A DNA stretch of 50,134 nt, the filler included, from Catajapyx aquilonaris (lineage: Eukaryota), in assembly GCA_000934665.2 (NCBI GenBank). It is 3 parts of 3 records of this genome, joined end to end, with 100 filler letters (N's around TTAATTAATTAA, not from the genome) between each part and the next. Parts side by side here need not be neighbours in the genome. Positions count along the whole stretch, not along the records: positions 33,495 to 50,134 come from JYFJ02007144.1; 2 more parts are not named here. One strand, written 5' to 3'. A program made the translations under genes and the position numbers. Shown here piece by piece: positions 48,390 to 50,134 of the stretch. Below the pieces are notes generated by a model. The model did not search any database, was not told the origin of the DNA, and was given only the letters and a program-made list of their open reading frames with translations. Every line of letters begins with the position of its first letter. The stretch's first letter is position 1.

Positions 48390-50134
48390 ACACATGGACA
48401 AATTTTGTCCATGTGTATGAGCTAGCACAAAACATGAAAAACATGAGAGAATTACAAACTAGCTCTAATAAGAAAAATTAGTATCACAAAAAAGGTAAAA
48501 AGTAGAACATTCCAAACCACGTCACAAGTTCTGCAAAATAGACATGAAAAAGTAATGAAATGCCTGTCGACCATTCTTGCATTCACATTTACATTGCTTC
48601 CGCCTGCCTACCGGTGGAGTTCATGTTGAAGTGTATTAGACGTATGTAAAAAATTCAGATCTGCTCTTTAAACTGGCAGACAGCTTCCGTCATTACAACT
48701 AAAACTTTGTAAGTTTGAATTTTTCTTTTATTATATACCTCTAAGCGGCGGGACACCCTGTATAAGGTAAGTCGTAAGTGTACCAGTAGTCGACACTGTC
48801 CCTATAGTCGACACCGAAGATTGGGAAGCTAAAGAGCAAGGTAACGCGGCAATATTGAGTGGAAATCCCTCAGGCTTTGGGACTACCTGTTACCCACATA
48901 TTTAATTGCCATTCATGGCCTACTTCGTGAATGAGAAGAGGATGAAAAATAATGTAACCTCTGATTTTTTGGTTAAAATGGTGCTTTTCTTAGAGGATTC
49001 GATAAGAGGCACGTAGAAAGTAAAACCTTGCATATAAATAAGTGGAAGTGTTACTTCGGGGTTTTTTGAGCGGAAAAGGAGGTAAATGCTTTAAATTTTC
49101 CAAATTTAATGTCCTTTTGGGTCAGTGTTATGTAAAGAAAGTTTTAGCTATGGTGTCGACTATTGGAACCAAAAAACGTTGATGTTCCAATAGTCGACAT
49201 GAATGCCATTAGCCTAATCACAAAAAATACATGCATATTACGGAATCTCTAGGGACCCATTTTTGTGCCATAACAAACGTTTCCATTAGTTACATGAAGG
49301 ATCCATTAACTTAGAACCATATTTTACTGCAATTTAGGTGAGGCAGTGTACTTGTTATGCTTGTTTTTTTCTCTTCTTGAAATCATGGGTGAAATTTTCG
49401 TCCCACTGCTAGCAACCTGCTATAGCTACTGCTAGCCACTGTCGACAACTGGTAACCACACGCTAACCCATGAAAAAGATTAGGGGAGAATCCTTGTTAA
49501 ACTGTACAGTGCTATGTGAGCAGGCCAACAAACGTTATTATGGCTTTGCAAAATTCCAAGCGCTCGCTTATAGCTTATTAACTGTGCTTGAGCGTTCCAT
49601 TGTCATTTCGATTTTTTGTTTTTTTTGTTGCTTTTTTTGCGCACCCAGGATGCGTCTCCCTTAAGAGGGCCGGGTACCTGGCGTTCGCGCCACTTTTCAG
49701 GCAAAGCGAGGAAAAAAACGGGTGCGGATTCATCGTCTTCGTTCGACATATCCTCGCTCCTATGGGAGGTACGGACATGCGGTTTTTTGCGTTGCACGGA
49801 GGGATGACCGGCGCTGCCTCCGGTCTTGGTCCGGTCCGGATCGGCCCACAAACACCGCATCTGGGATGGGAAACGCATTTGCCACAGGGGCGTCGAAGCG
49901 GAGGACGAAATTCAAAAAAGGAGCTTGTAGGTCCACAGGCCCACTGTCTATGTCTCTGCTGACGATTTTTGGGTGCGCCGGGACTGTTTTTGTGGACGTG
50001 AGGCTGCACGAAACTAGACCCTAAGGACACAGACACAGCGGACAGAACGAGAGAAGAACAGAGCGGCAACACGGCGCCCGTTGCCCCCCAACTCCCACCC
50101 TCAGAGTAGGGAATATAGGCTGGTTGCCAAGGAC

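Noticed and set aside
49578..50072. Overlapping GC-rich ORFs at the window end
   Set aside because: No recognisable domain; probably a repeat or CpG-rich non-coding sequence.

Overview
Eukaryotic, repeat-rich DNA, most likely arthropod/insect: it has spliced genes, (TTAGG)n-like tracts, an insect-type tRNA SINE and Helitron ends. The window is three separate ~16.64-kb contigs (1-16641, 16742-33394, 33495-50134) joined by artificial 100-nt N/TTAATTAATTAA/N linkers, so they need not be neighbours. Contig 1 is the main result. Almost its whole length is a mosaic of heavily decayed minus-strand fragments that, translated by hand across stops and frameshifts, resemble adenovirus preterminal protein (pTP), protein-primed family B DNA polymerase (pPolB) and IVa2 packaging ATPase. 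One stretch (16540 down to 12090) keeps the adenoviral pTP-pol-IVa2 order, and several diverged partial copies follow it. This looks like an old endogenous adenovirus-like locus in an invertebrate chromosome. The matches were made by eye against remembered human adenovirus sequences and need profile-search confirmation. Contig 2 carries a spliced C2H2 zinc-finger gene with an 84-bp minisatellite-like array and an in-frame stop, plus many nested MITEs, a SINE, Helitron pieces and a rearranged transposase remnant. Contig 3 carries a myo-inositol oxygenase (MIOX) gene and further non-autonomous transposons.
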